Positions 27,185-40,112 of a stretch of 64,000 nt of DNA are shown piece by piece. Made by a program: the position numbers and the translations under genes. The DNA lies in contig NMRA01000023.1 in NCBI GenBank assembly GCA_002633005.1, positions 1,344,689 to 1,408,688 of the forward strand. The letters run 5' to 3'. How positions within the stretch are numbered: position 1 is the first letter of the stretch; every line of letters starts with the position of its first letter. Source of the DNA: Phoronis australis (taxonomy: Eukaryota > Animalia > Phoronida). Under the pieces are notes generated by a model. The model was not told the origin of the DNA and ran no database searches. It saw nothing but the letters and a program-made list of their open reading frames with translations.

Positions 27185-30100
27185 TTCATTTGGTTTGTTA
27201 TCAGTACGTCAGAATCGGCGGTAATCATGTACATTTTGAGCGTTTGGTACCCAATTGAGGTATGAACAATTCAGCCGGATCAGGGCCAGGTCAGACAGTC
27301 CGTGTTATGTTCACGTGAAAATAATGTAAATCGCCACAAACAGACAGTAATTTAACTGACATGGAAAAGTGCTTAAATAGAAACATGAAATCAGTCACCA
27401 TTCTTGTTTGTTTCATTCCTCCGTATCTGAGCAAAATTTACCGTAAGCAAGCTTCGCGAGGCAATATGCACGCCTTCGGTTGGCAGCGCTGAATTCTGAA
27501 AACTCGGGTCATTGCAAACTTTAACCTAATTTATATTTTACCGACTTAATGTAATATTTTGTCCCTACGAAAATGTATCTTGCACATTAGTGCAAATTTG
27601 ACTTAAAATTACACTCTGAGTTGGTTTAATTGATGAGGCCTCATAGACATACTGTAGGTCTCTTGAAGCCTGATTCCCTTGCATGTGATAAATCGACAAT
27701 GAAGTAAGACATTTATACAATCTAATACTCACCTCCCTCAAGTGTCTACACCAGCACATGTACATGTGAATGTAATAATGCAAGACGCGTACTCAGAGCG
27801 GATTAATTTTGTGCATATACGCATATTGACGACGTCTATGGAATACTAATGGCTTGGCATTTTCCATTCAAGAACTCGTTAGGTCCCTGCTTTTAGTTAT
27901 GGAATACATAGGTAGAATACAATTTCGCTGTAAATAAACTGACTGGATCTTTTTCTATGCCTTACCCGCATAAATAATTAGGGTGTTGTGGAAGTGAATA
28001 ACTATTTTCACCAATCATATGACGATCTTAATCTGTTGGTCATTTCTACTCAGCCTACAGAATTCACGCGTGGGCCTTGGCATTGGCGGGACTGATAACG
28101 TCACGAGGGGGACCCGACCACAACTTCCAAATGGCAACCGGTTACGGTGGCGGTAGTCCTGAAATCTCACAAAGAACGTACTGGAGGCTCTGGTCTGTTA
28201 GTGCTCTGTTTAGTCATCGGTCATCTGAGAAGGTGCCAGTCTAAATTCGCCTTTGATGGAAGACCAGTCCTCATGTGGGTGCAGAATGCTGTAAGTCAGG
28301 CGTAACCCGGGGGCTAGGGAGCACGTGCCCGCCAATAAAATGCAGGCACCGTGGTGAAACCTCGACGACAGGCATAGGGGTTGAGGCAGAGGTACCCCAG
28401 AAAAGAAGAACAGCGAAACATCTAACATAAAATTTAACAGATTTTTAACTACCAGTGCTTGACCCTGCTAGGACATTATTGTTATGCCCCCCATTTTTGC
28501 CGTAATGAGTACAGATCGTCTAAAGGCACTTGAAATCGTACTCTTAATAATACATGCTTCTTATGCACAGATCTTTCACACTAAATTAATTCATATTTTT
28601 AAATTCAAGACGACCGTTTTAGACAATGCAAGTGTGTATATATCCGGCGATAAAGAATTGAGTCTTTTCCGTTTTTGTTGAAATTATATTTCACTTTAAG
28701 TAAATTGGAAGGGGTCCTGACAGCATTAGTTGCTACTCATTTTTTGAAATAACAAATCATTTCACATTCAGGGGCCTCAGCCCTTGGAGGGGACCCGTTC
28801 ATTCATAGCCACCCTTTTCCTGTGTTTTCGATATCTTTCACACTCGCGTAGAGAGACACCAAAGATAGAATCAATTGGCTTTCTTTGTCTGTTTTTGCGA
28901 AATCATACAACTTCTTAAATGAAATTGGACCACTCCATGATGGATTTAATTGCCTTTCTTTTCTAACTTTTTAATGATATAGTCTTTCATATTGAGGAAC
29001 CCCCTTTCAGACAGGGTCTTCTTCTGAATGGGCGGCTCTGGGCCATTGCCCCTTTGCCTCTTTGCCTCCTATAGATGCGGAACTGTTAACTGTTCACCAA
29101 GTGAAGTACATGTAGAACAAACTCCAAATGGTCAACAATACAACAGAATATGTTTATGTAAAGAACAGCGACATCAACACAAGCGGCTCAAACAACCAAC
29201 AAGGTGAGATTGTATCAAAAAGCTCAAAAGCATAGACCGCCATCCGAGGATTGAATTACACGAAACCACTATTCAAATGATTTTTATCCATACTTTTTCC
29301 TAAAGAACTGAAAAAGCGATATTTCTTTTAAAGATCGTTATCAGAAAAGCAATGTATAAAAAGGGTGTGGCTCGTACGATACTCGCACGTGTCGATCACT
29401 TATGGGACTTTTACTGATCATGTACAGTGTGCGTGTATAAAGGATTAAGGCACTCAGATCACACGTGCTGGCAATTATACGCGAATAATTTCCTATCGTT
29501 TTGGAGCACAAGTTTAATTTATAAACTGTATCAGACTGTAACGAACCAGAATTCATGCTACCGCAAATAAATTTGCATCTAATGAACAACCTGCAGCTAA
29601 CTCAGAATGCTCGTTGGGTGTGCCTTTGGTCTTTACATTGTGTTGCCATGTGATGGCGCGACATGTCAAGGTTATTTTTCCTGTCTGGTCACATGCACGG
29701 GTGCATTGGTTTCTGATTGACGTGTTGTACAAAACAAAAACGAAATGATAATTAAGAAAACTGTAACAGTGTTGGTGAGATTTCATCTCAAACATTTTTA
29801 TCAAGAGAAATTTGTCATGTTGTTGATACCGTCGTTTTGTAATGGATGTGCCTTTCTTTTTTGATAAATCTTACCACAAACAACATGGTCACGTGAACCA
29901 TTTAATGACAGAGTGACAAGAAGTCAAAAATCAAATTCTACATATTTTCTACTTTCACATAATGTATTCTTTTATTTTGTTAAAATCTATAGTAAATATT
30001 TGACTTGATGCACATGCATGTAGATAAAGTATTACATAACTTTAAACATTTACCTTGTAAAATGATGATGCGTCAGTGAACTTAGATGCAGGCTGAAATT

Positions 30101-31132
30101 TGATAAAATCTCCATCGTCCGGTCCCCAACAGCAAAATGCATTAGACTGTTTTATAATCTGAAATAACCCTCCGTCAGTTCAGTTGCTCCCCGAGTGGGG
30201 GGCAGACACTACAAACTTGGATGCTTGTGTTTCAACAAGGGATTTTGACAAAATCTAAATTCGTGTACCAGGAACCCCGAAACCGAAGTGTTACTTTAAA
30301 GCATGACCCTATCTAGCTAAGTAAACTTTCCCCATGCTGGACCCTAATAAAGTGATTACTGAATTTTAGCCTTATTTTCAGTCTTCGAAATAGACGAAAT
30401 TATAGCCAAAGTTTTCGAGACGATGTTCTGTCTACTCAATACCAATTTGATGATACATGTATCTATACCGCATTTCTCGTGCATACATGTATAGGCGCAG
30501 TCAGCATTTTACGAAAGCGGAGGTCCAAGGAAAGGCAGTACATGTCATAGGTTTCTGAAGAAAACTCCATTTCACAAAATAGGAGGGGAAAATCAGTAGG
30601 AAATTTAATGTCATCATCTCTTTGCCCAGCAGTATGTAGAAATGAAAAGAAGAAAGACTTCCTGTGGTTTTTGTTTGCTGCTTTGGCTAAAAGGGGACCA
30701 GTACTCCCTGGACCCTTCCCTTGGATCCTGTAGGAGTTTCTTACGGTACGTTTATACCCCTAAAGAGGGATTTGGCAGTACAGCTTCATCAATAATACTC
30801 TTTTAGAGGTCAAATTCGTACCCTAAACGCACCCTCGTAAGTAACCAGTTGAGATCTAATGAACAACGGGTACTCAGATTTCTGGTGGCCATTGCTAACC
30901 ACGCCCCCAAAGAGAACCGTCTATGGCGGGAGGGTGTGAAATTGGTGACAACCAAGGGAGGGGGAGTGGTGGCGTTCGGGAGAAATTGAAATTTGCGTTC
31001 ACGGACAGTAAGAAGGTTAATATTATTGGGGTTCACAAACGAATCCGACTTCTCCAAAATTTTGCTCACCGTGGATCCAAATTTGGGATTTGCCCAGCCC
31101 CATTTATTGATATTAAGTTGATATGCTCATCG

Positions 31133-31179
31133 ATCATCATCGCTACCATCTCTACAATCGTCATCACTATCATCATCAC

Positions 31180-31242
<63 letters not shown>

Positions 31243-31340
31243 TATCATCATCGTCCCTACCATTATAATCATCATCCCTACTATCTTCATCATCGTCGTC
31301 ATTATCATCATCATCATCAACAACAACATCAATAACAACA
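31133..31340. repeat. (ATC)n microsatellite with degenerate flanks
   Basis: Pure ATC run at about 31181-31240. It explains the poly-I/poly-H/poly-M ORFs in the track. Confidence 0.97.
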
Positions 31341-33575
31341 CCTTCTGGTTTCCCTGGTGATGTAATAAAATGTAAACTTCAGAGATTCGTCGATTAATTT
31401 GGCGAGTGGGATAGAAAACAGAGAACTTTACGTCAGTACTTGGCAGCAGTTTAAATGCATGATTGGACGATCCAAATGTTTTTGAACTATTCCCGTCGTA
31501 GTCAAACGTTTTTTCGACTGCCTGTCATACGCAAACTAAAAACGTTGAAAATGCGTCTGTCGGTGATTTTTGGTTATTAAAACATTCATTAGTTGGCAGG
31601 CGCCCAAAATTATTTCAATGTGCACTGAATTATTGTTAAGTTTTTGTCTTTTGTGAAAAACGCATGCGCAATTTACCCTTAACTAAGTAATTTGTTCATG
31701 AAACCATTAATATATTGTAACTGTATAAGTGGATTAATTGCTCACGTGGCAGTGTTTGCAAAGTCATACCTAATGCAGTTTGATGTTCACAAAATTCACT
31801 TCTATTTTCCTTTGCTTTACCTCACAAAGTTATAAATCTGCACCTGCATTGTTATTGATTACTACAGTCCTCTGTACTTGTCATGAATCGCACAAGTCTT
31901 GTGTGGGGATTTCATGCAAGTCCGAGCCAGCGATAACTCAACCAAGAGTTACATTTTTATCATTCCAATCTAAAAATTGATTTTTTTCAAGCTGTGAAGT
32001 CTTATTCCTTTCTACGAGAATTGCTGTATTTTAGGAACATTATTCAAAATCGTGCTGCATATATGCATGCTCTGGTAAATTCCCTGAGTCGGATCTATGA
32101 CACGGAACTCATTATTACAAAATTCTATCACAGATTAATAGAAAGCACTTCTGGGAATTAGCGTGGAGCCCATAAGTTGAATCCAATGCATTTTATAAAA
32201 GGACGTAAAAGTGGAACAAAGCGTGTTAAGCCCTTCGTCACTTGTGAATATCCTAACTGCGTTACAATAGAATGGCGCGTTCTTTAGTGCCTCCTATTGG
32301 CTTAAACAGCCTTCGATTTCACGTGCCCACTGTTTTTTAAGTCAAAATCAAATTTCAGAAGCTGCAGTCATTCTCCATTAGTAGAACCTTCCTGTTGAGT
32401 TTTATATGAAAGTCTTCAAGAAAATGCAAATATTCACAAGGAAGTTAGAATTGGAAGGGCATAATATTTCACTGTTTCACATTGGTGTCATACGAAAGCT
32501 TTCCTGTCAAAATGGATGTTTTTGCCTTCGACTTCCTGTTCCCTTGCTTGTGGTTGTCCGGTATCTTTATGCACGATGTAGGTGTGAATGCGCTTGCATG
32601 TGAAGTTCCGATTATTTTATTGTATATCTAGCATAAGGCGCATGCACCTATATGTGAAACACTTTAGTAAAACCAAAAAGAATGTCAAATTAATGAAACA
32701 TCGTGGCTTATCGGTACAAAGAAAAGACAAAACAGCAACAAAAACGCTCAATTTTATATATGCAAATACACGAGGGATAGGCGCCTGCACCTTTCAGTGA
32801 TGCGTAGGCGCTTACGCCAATGTACAATGTGTGTAAAACATTTGTGAAAACTTATCTTTGAAAAAAGCGCTTTAATTTTGATATATTTGGAGGCACATGA
32901 ACATGAATAGCCGCACATAGGCATTGATTTGAATTTTGTTGTTATAAAAATGCTTATTTCGCCTTAGACAAATGAAATCATCTTCTCAATACAAAATGAA
33001 ATTCAATGGCGTCCCCATCTTGCCAAGACGCAGACAATACGCTGTTGATTCAATGTTGTTCGGGGAGGAACCATGCTGGGGTGTGTGAAAATATCTAGCC
33101 CTTTTCATAACGTGTAATTTCACGCATGCGTACATGTTTCCATCAAACCACACGGAAGTTTTAGAACAGTGCATTGCTGCGGACTCATCAATACTTAGTT
33201 GATGGCTTGCCGAGTTCGACGTCAGTAGGACTTATAGCGTGATTGACGCAGCATCTGCAGATTAAAGCAAATTCCAATAAAGACAGTATTTCCGAAACCA
33301 AGTGGAGAAACTTTACCTCGGCCTTAACTACCGTTGCGTTTCGTAGTTTTGATTAAAAGCAAAAAAGATTGTTTGATCGACTGTCGGTTAAAGGTCAGGA
33401 AAGGCATACCTCGGAGAAAAAGCCGACGGAGCGTGCTCTGGTATAACAAATAACAATGCGGAGTCAAACGATGAACTTTGCAGTGTGAGGTGCCGTTGTC
33501 ATTTATATTTTATGCTCAAGATATATAGGTTTATAACCCCATGCAGTATTTATTCGTTTTTTTTTTCAATTACAG

Positions 33576-33685
33576 GATTACGTGAATGACGCATAATGTC
33601 CGCCAGCTAAAGGCTACCACAGCATGATAGGAGTTGACGCCACTTGATATTTCGCCACCACCACCGTAGGTTGGTGCTCAATACA
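33576..33685 (+). promoter_or_regulatory. 5' UTR part of the GABA-B receptor exon, containing three short uORFs
   Basis: Acceptor ttttttttttcaattacAG ends at 33575. ATGs at 33586 (13 aa, stop ends 33627), 33596 (4 aa, stop ends 33610) and 33624 (7 aa, stop ends 33647). All terminate before the main ATG at 33686. Confidence 0.6.
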
Positions 33686-33946
33686 ATGGAGTACGTTGCT
33701 ACCACATTGACGGGTCCTCCTCGCTACTTCATCCCTTTGTTATTCTTATGGGTTTTAAGTATGACCTCTGTGACGGACTGCAAGACTCCTATATATATAG
33801 CAGGATTATTCCCGATGTCGCCGGGCCGCCGAGGTGACGTGGGAAGAGGAGTACTCCCGGCGGCGCAGTTAGCTATCGAACATGTGAATAGTCATCCTAC
33901 AGTATTGGAAGACTACGAACTGAAATTAAACTGGAGTGATTCTAAG
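33686..33946 (+). CDS. GABBR2: First coding exon (87 aa) of a GABA-B receptor subunit, class C GPCR: signal peptide plus start of the Venus-flytrap domain; most likely subunit 2
   Basis: Reads MEYVATTLTGPPRYFIPLLFLWVLSMTSVTDC-KTPIYIAGLFPMSPGRRGDVGRGVLPAAQLAIEHVNSHPTVLEDYELKLNWSDSK. A hydrophobic signal peptide is followed by the IxGLFP...GRGVLPA.xLAxEHVN motif of GABA-B2. There is an in-frame upstream stop (TGA 33635), a polypyrimidine acceptor ending tacAG at 33575 and a strong phase-0 donor AAG|GTAAGC at 33947. The family call is strong; the subunit call is less so. Confidence 0.85.
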
Positions 33947-34445
33947 GTAAGCAGTGTTTTTTTTTTGCGTCTCTGGAATAGAATATCCTACGAATAAACA
34001 ATTTGGTGCGAGTTGAAAGCCTAGACTTGAAAGTTCATGCCAACACAAGTTTAATGATGAGAGATTGCTGGGCTTTGAACCGTATTCGAACAGGGTATTT
34101 TATTGTGGTTTTCTGTCTTCAAAGCCAGGAGACTCAATCAATTAATTGGCCTATCCAGACTTCACATTAGATGGTGGATGAATCGCTACACATGGCTGAA
34201 ACGTTAGAGCGCCTAGGTCTGGATCCAGGGGGACCAGGGTGTCTAAGCCCCTGTGATTCTTGATCTGTAGCTTGGACAGAACTGGCTGACACGCCTCATT
34301 GTCTGTGGACTGCTGACAATTCCCTGTTGTTACAGTAATTTATTTTTTTAGAAAGAAGCAAGACTTTGCGAAAAACGTGGACATAAAGGAGCATTTCTCC
34401 GCTATTGCAGGCAATGCGTACATGCCGCATTTTCGCTAATTTTAA

Positions 34446-35796
34446 GGTTAGCCAACCTCAAAAAAATTTTGCATTGATTTCTCGGGTCGGTCTCATGGTT
34501 CAGATGTTCTTGTTGGAAACGGAACTCAAGTCATCCCATGGTAAGGATTATTATGAGACCGACTTCACGAGTTAAAGTGGGTTGATTCAGTTTTAGGCAC
34601 CTAAATAAAGCAATAAAATATAGTTATAAGCTTGGTTATTGACAGAGATCAGGTTCAATAAACTGGCTTGACTCCAGCTCTTCATTTTATGATCCTAAAT
34701 AACAACGAAGCTCTATTCTGGGTAAGGAACAGGCGTTTACTGGCAGTTATTTTTGACAGAAATCGAGTTCGTATAACACCTTAAAGCCGCAATTAAACTG
34801 CATTTCCTCACCATTTATCTGAAAAAAACGAAATAGGAATTAAGCCACTTAAGGTAATAAAATCGGCCTTATAATGTTCATTTTCCAAGGTACCTATATT
34901 TCCCTGCCCACCCACAGCTCGGGCTTGCCTGGCTGCACACAACATTATTCTCGCGAACTCACTGTTCCCCTCTCACGAAAGCGTATTTCCCTCACACGGA
35001 CCTCTTCGCGCGTCTCGCGAACACATTTCTTTGCTCACAGACGGATCAACTCTACTCCAATTCATTATTACCTGCCCACAAAAGATATTCTATACCCTCT
35101 GACGTAGTTCCCTTCTCTCGGGTCATTTCGTACGATTGATGTAAAATTTCTATTCACAAATCAACTGTGGAAAGTCTCTACCAGTAAACACATTCCCGCC
35201 AATTTTTGGCTATTTGTTTTAAACAGAGTCATTGCACGACTACTGCCTTCAAACTTAAAAAATGAAAACAAAAATCAAATGTTCCTAAATTGACAATCTT
35301 GTTAGGATACAATGAAAATATGCTATTTTGCTCTCACTGCATACAGCAATACATGTCAGTTGTATGCCGTGATACCGTGAGCACAGGTATTGATAAACTA
35401 TCGATAGTTTTTGCAATAAAAGTTGATGAACTGTATGATATTTGCAGTGTATTGTGGAGAAAGGCTCTTTTTATTTGATTTTTGATATTCAAATAATTTA
35501 TTGAGAAAGGAAGCTGTAACAAACGATCTCTGAGAGCTGGGAAGTGACACAGCGCAACGGGAATAATGTGCGGAAGCTGGGTTGGTTCTTCCGCGAGAAA
35601 AAAAGTCTACGAGAGGAAACGGGAAATGTGGTAGAGGAGGGAGGTATTTGCATGCACAAGAGAACATTTTTGCGCGCAGGTACCCAAGCCACACTCAAGC
35701 AAGGAGTTCTAGGGGTCTTATATATTAACAACACGAAAATCAAAATCATCAGGGATTCAAGAAAACGCACCACAGTTAATTGGGGTTGGCCAACCC
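34446..35796. mobile_element. Kolobok-like non-autonomous element (TTAA TSD, short TIR)
   Basis: TTAA|GGTTAGCCAACCTCAA ... TTGGGGTTGGCCAACCC|TTAA. TTAA flanks with RR...YY termini fit Kolobok. Confidence 0.65.
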
Positions 35797-36836
35797 TTAA
35801 GTTGCGATTGCGAAAATTGTGCGTATATTCGAGGTCTGTGGCTTAAATTGCCGGCTCATTCGCCAATAATTCAAGATCGAATTAGCGTGGTAGTGTTTTA
35901 AACCCAAAAATGCTTTGGTTCAACATCGACAATTAAACAACAGCGAAATCTCCTCTAACTAGAGGCGAGACTGAGTACAGCCCTCATTTGCCCACACCTC
36001 CAATCCGCGTATTTTGTTAACCACAGCTACTCGGATATTCAAAGCACCAACATACATGATCTATAATTAACGAAAGGTAAACACAATGTGTGATACAATA
36101 CATCGGTTACAGTCACAACAATTTGATTTGCAGTCTGATTCGAAACTGCTCGTGCACTGCATACAAATTATTTGGGCTGACCATAGGCTGACCATAGGCT
36201 GACCATAGGCTGAACATACCCACGGCACGCATGAGAGAGATTGCTTCAAAACTCTTACTTCATTCATCTTGGAATGTGTAGAAGATGTTGGAGCCGAGAA
36301 AACATTGCAAATTCACGGAACTGAAGCACAGACATAATGTATTGCATCCGTTATTCGTGTAATGTATTCGCGTATGCATCCGTGTACCTTATTTAGAGTC
36401 AAGCGTGCTTTTTGTTGAGAGAACAAATAATCCGCAAACCTTGGAAATAGGATTCAGCACGTGATGATTGAAATGTTTTTGATAAACGTGCGCTCTCGGT
36501 TCGTCTAATTATCATTTTCATTAAATTTCAATTAGTGAAATGATGACCAAGGATCATTTAAACTTTGAAACGTGTATTATGACCAATGTTCGTCGGTGGG
36601 ATAGAGTTGGCAAACAAGTTGTCCGAGTTAATGAGCCTTCCTTGGGGTGCATTTTTATCTCATTCTGCAGTTTAGAGGTCTCAATTATCTGGATTTTGAA
36701 CCTTCGTCTAATTTGTTTTTACTAACCAAATTGATAATATTCGTGTATTTTCCAACTCCTTGGAGTCGTGTTATCCAAAAATTTCAATTTATATTTACTT
36801 CGAAGATTTATTAGGAATGGCTGACAAACCAGCGCA

Positions 36837-37274
36837 TGTCAATGACTAGGGTGGGTGCACGTCAATGACTAGGGTGGGTGTATGTCAATGACTAAAGTGG
36901 GTGTATGTCAGTGACTAGGATGGGTGCATATCAATGACTAGGGTGGGTGCGTGCGTGTCAATGACTAGGGTGGGTGTATGTCAATGGTTAGGATGCATTG
37001 TCAATGACTAGGGTAGTTGCGTGTCAATGACTAGGGTGGGTGCATGTCAATCACTAGGGTAAGTGCATGTCAATCACTAGGGTGGGTACGTGTCAATCAC
37101 TAGGGTGGGTACGTGTCAATCACTAGGGTGGGTACATGTCAATCACTAGGGTGGGTACATGTCAATCACTAGGGTGAGTACGTGTCAATCACTAGGGTGG
37201 GTACGTGTCAATCACTAGGGTGGGTACATGTCAATCACTAGGGTGGGTACATGTCAATCACTAGGGTGGGTGCA
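36837..37274. repeat. 23-bp G-rich minisatellite, 19 copies
   Basis: Unit tgtcaat(g/c)actagggtgggt(g/a)c(a/g). Units are contiguous with no unique spacers. Confidence 0.97.
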
Positions 37275-37321
37275 TAGTAATAGAAGAGCATGGCTAAACA
37301 TCAAGAGTCAAACAAATGGCA

Positions 37322-37360
37322 CCCCTAACCCTAATCCTAACCCTAACCCTAATCTTAACC
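37322..37360. repeat. Short interstitial telomere-like (CCCTAA)n tract
   Basis: cccctaaccctaatcctaaccctaaccctaatcttaacc, about 6 degenerate units. Confidence 0.85.
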
Positions 37361-39891
37361 TTTGAAGAAATTTTGAGAATTATATTTGACCATTTGAAGT
37401 AAATAGAATGCATGGCATTGATTTGAATAAGTTAGATTGTCATAGTGCCGTACGTTTGACACCTAGGGTTATGTAGGACATTATAGGCAAGCCTGTGCAT
37501 GTGGCCAAATAATGTGCAAGACCATAGAGTTTAACTCAATGAAAGTAGTTTTTTTCTGATAGTAGAAATCATGTAGTATTTGTTTATTTTTACTTTAAAC
37601 AATTCTGCGAGCACTTGGGTCATGTGACCATTTGTTTTTAGTGAAATTTAGCAAAAAGAGGTTCATTCATAGCAACAACGATGTCGATAACATGGCCAAA
37701 TTTCGTTTAATGTAAAAATGTAATGATAAGATCTCAAAAATGCTGTTAAAGTGCTCTAAATTATCAGTTAATTTTCGTTTTTCGCATATTTGGAGTTTTT
37801 CATATAAATCACTGCCCCTAGTGCAAAAATGAGAATTTTGAAGAGCAGTTCCTAATAAGATCGTGAGAACAATGTATAAAGTATACTATCGCAGAGTTTC
37901 ACATGAACTCGATCACCAACTTATGGGATATGACGTTGCGAAGTGAGCCGAATTTTGGCATCTTTGCACTGTTTGACATAACTCTAAGAACGCACTCAAA
38001 TTAACACGTTGGTGGGATCTACAGGAGAGTATGAATATTCTTTAATTCTCAAAACCAACTTATACAGGCCCCAAAGAAGACATTTTGCATGTAGCCATCA
38101 AGTACAGTATTTGAATGGCAGCAAGCGAATGTGACATAACAGTTGCTTTGTGTGTCATGTACAATAAATGTTGAACATATGAAGCCAGTTGCATCCATGC
38201 CTTCCAAAAATCCCAAACTCATCCCTGACGGTGACGTCATAAGCACTTAAGCGTGTGAAAAGTTTAAGGTGTACGAACAATTACACTTATTTTACACATT
38301 TTTGCGAAAGGTGATTTTTCTGTGAAAGCGATTTACAAATGTGAAACGGCGTTATTTAATTTGTGATTAGATACTCTTCAACAATCGATAAAGTGTGTGT
38401 CCGTATTTACCCGTACATTTTAATTCGCTTGAACAAATTAATTGGTAAGAATCACCTTGAATGTCATATATCTGGCGCGTTACACCTGTGTGGAAAATCT
38501 ATCTTACCGTCACAGCGTGACGAGTGGACACCGGGTATACGCTGCATGTCTCGCTGTTTCAGAGAAGAGGGCTTTTTTAATTAACTAAGTACAAAATAAA
38601 CCATACACCTAAAAAATGGAGCGTAAAACTGTTATTGACTGAGGTACAGATATGTCAAATTGTACGGTATAATGCCTGCGTGGGCAAAAGTGTTTTTCAT
38701 TGATGTTGCTTAATTCTTGATTGAAATTACCTTGTTAAAATTACGTTGAAGTTGTAAAATGAATATCAAAGTGTCAGTGCTGCATTCTTCCTTCTAAAAT
38801 TCACAATGTCGGCATTGGCTCACTTAATATGCATAGACAAGAGCGCATTTCACTGAACTCCCATTAACTGTGCAACCGTTTTTAACTTGCACTAAAACCT
38901 ACTGAGACAGTGTGTCATTTAAAGGGGCAATACACCCGGGCTTTCTTTTCATAGCAGTTTTTGATTCAAGCAACTTGCCGTTATAAAATCGATCATATAT
39001 TTTTTCCTTCTCAGTCAAAAACGATTTCTAGGCTTTAGAAAACTAAACTGACAGATCGTTATTACGTCACAAAAAGAACTGCTCAAAATCACCAATTTCA
39101 TATCGGAATTCCAAAAGATCAACCACACCAGTCGATCAGGAGTCAAATTAGAACACTCGCAAACAGTATCTGACGATATGTGTATAAATAATTCTAACGC
39201 GAAAAATATCGCACGGCCTCAATTTAGTGAAAGCAACACAACTTCCGGCAGACAAAATTTATCCCACTCATCAAGATCATAAAGAATACTACTGCAGAAC
39301 TTGTGTTTGCAGGCCAGAGTTAGACATACCTAACATCGTCAATGTATTCAGCATACAGGTTTATAAATCACTGTGTGACGTTGTTCTCTGCTTCCTGTGT
39401 GTGTCAGTAGTGAGCGAAATGACGCGTGCCCATGTGAGCATCGGGAAGTTTTTCGAATTGACACTGGCCAAATCTGGGTGAGAACAGTGTCAATGATGCA
39501 TTCAGTAAATGGACGTATTGAACACGTCAGAACTATTATGTACTGATATCAAGTGTGTGTCAACTGTATCTACATCAAGAGACGCAAAGGGCTCTCTTCG
39601 TTGCAAATATGTTCTCACTATCATTCAGGCGTTCCTTCACTTAGTCGATCCATTATGTTTGCACGGCGCCTCCGCCCCCTCCGTGGTTACTTCCGGTGCT
39701 TCTGACCATGCCATTGCGTTTGTCTGTGTGACCCCTGTTATACAGAGAGTTGTATGTTTTCAGGAGAATTAAATGACAAAAGGGATTAAAACTAATCCTT
39801 AATTTTAATTTGTCGATGTTGACTTGTACTAAACCGCTTTAACTTTACAGTGTCAGATAAGTGAAATTGTTTTGCACTTTGAAGACTTGAT

Positions 39892-40112
39892 CATGTGCGC
39901 ACCCAGCATAAACAATTAAGGGACTGGAATTTTTGAGAATGTGGAACTTTGACTAAAATTCACGGGGTACTTTCAGAGCTATGGATTGTGCATTCGCCGA
40001 ATTTTGGTAGTTCTTGTTTTTAGTGGACTTTTGTCTCGTTTTCTACTTTTTGGAGTTTTTGTCTATTTGAGGCGGACCTTTTTGCCCACTTCCCCAAATG
40101 GGTGCGCGCATG
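39892..40112 (-). mobile_element. CATG-terminated MITE family, copy B
   Basis: catgtgcgcaccc...gggtgcgcgcatg. Shares tttttagtggacttttgtctcgttt and gcggacctttttgcccact with copy A. Confidence 0.7.

Noticed and set aside
28190-28415. GC-rich structured segment considered as an HDV-like ribozyme or retroelement end
   Set aside because: I could not build the P1/P2/P3 double pseudoknot on either strand. It is probably a repeat remnant but cannot be assigned.
30923-31360. Poly-Ile, poly-His and poly-Met ORFs
   Set aside because: These are artefacts of the stop-free (ATC)n microsatellite read in three frames.
33644-33997. Full 117-aa ORF as given in the track
   Set aside because: It starts at a TTG and reads through the GTAAGC splice donor. 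The credible coding part is 33686-33946.
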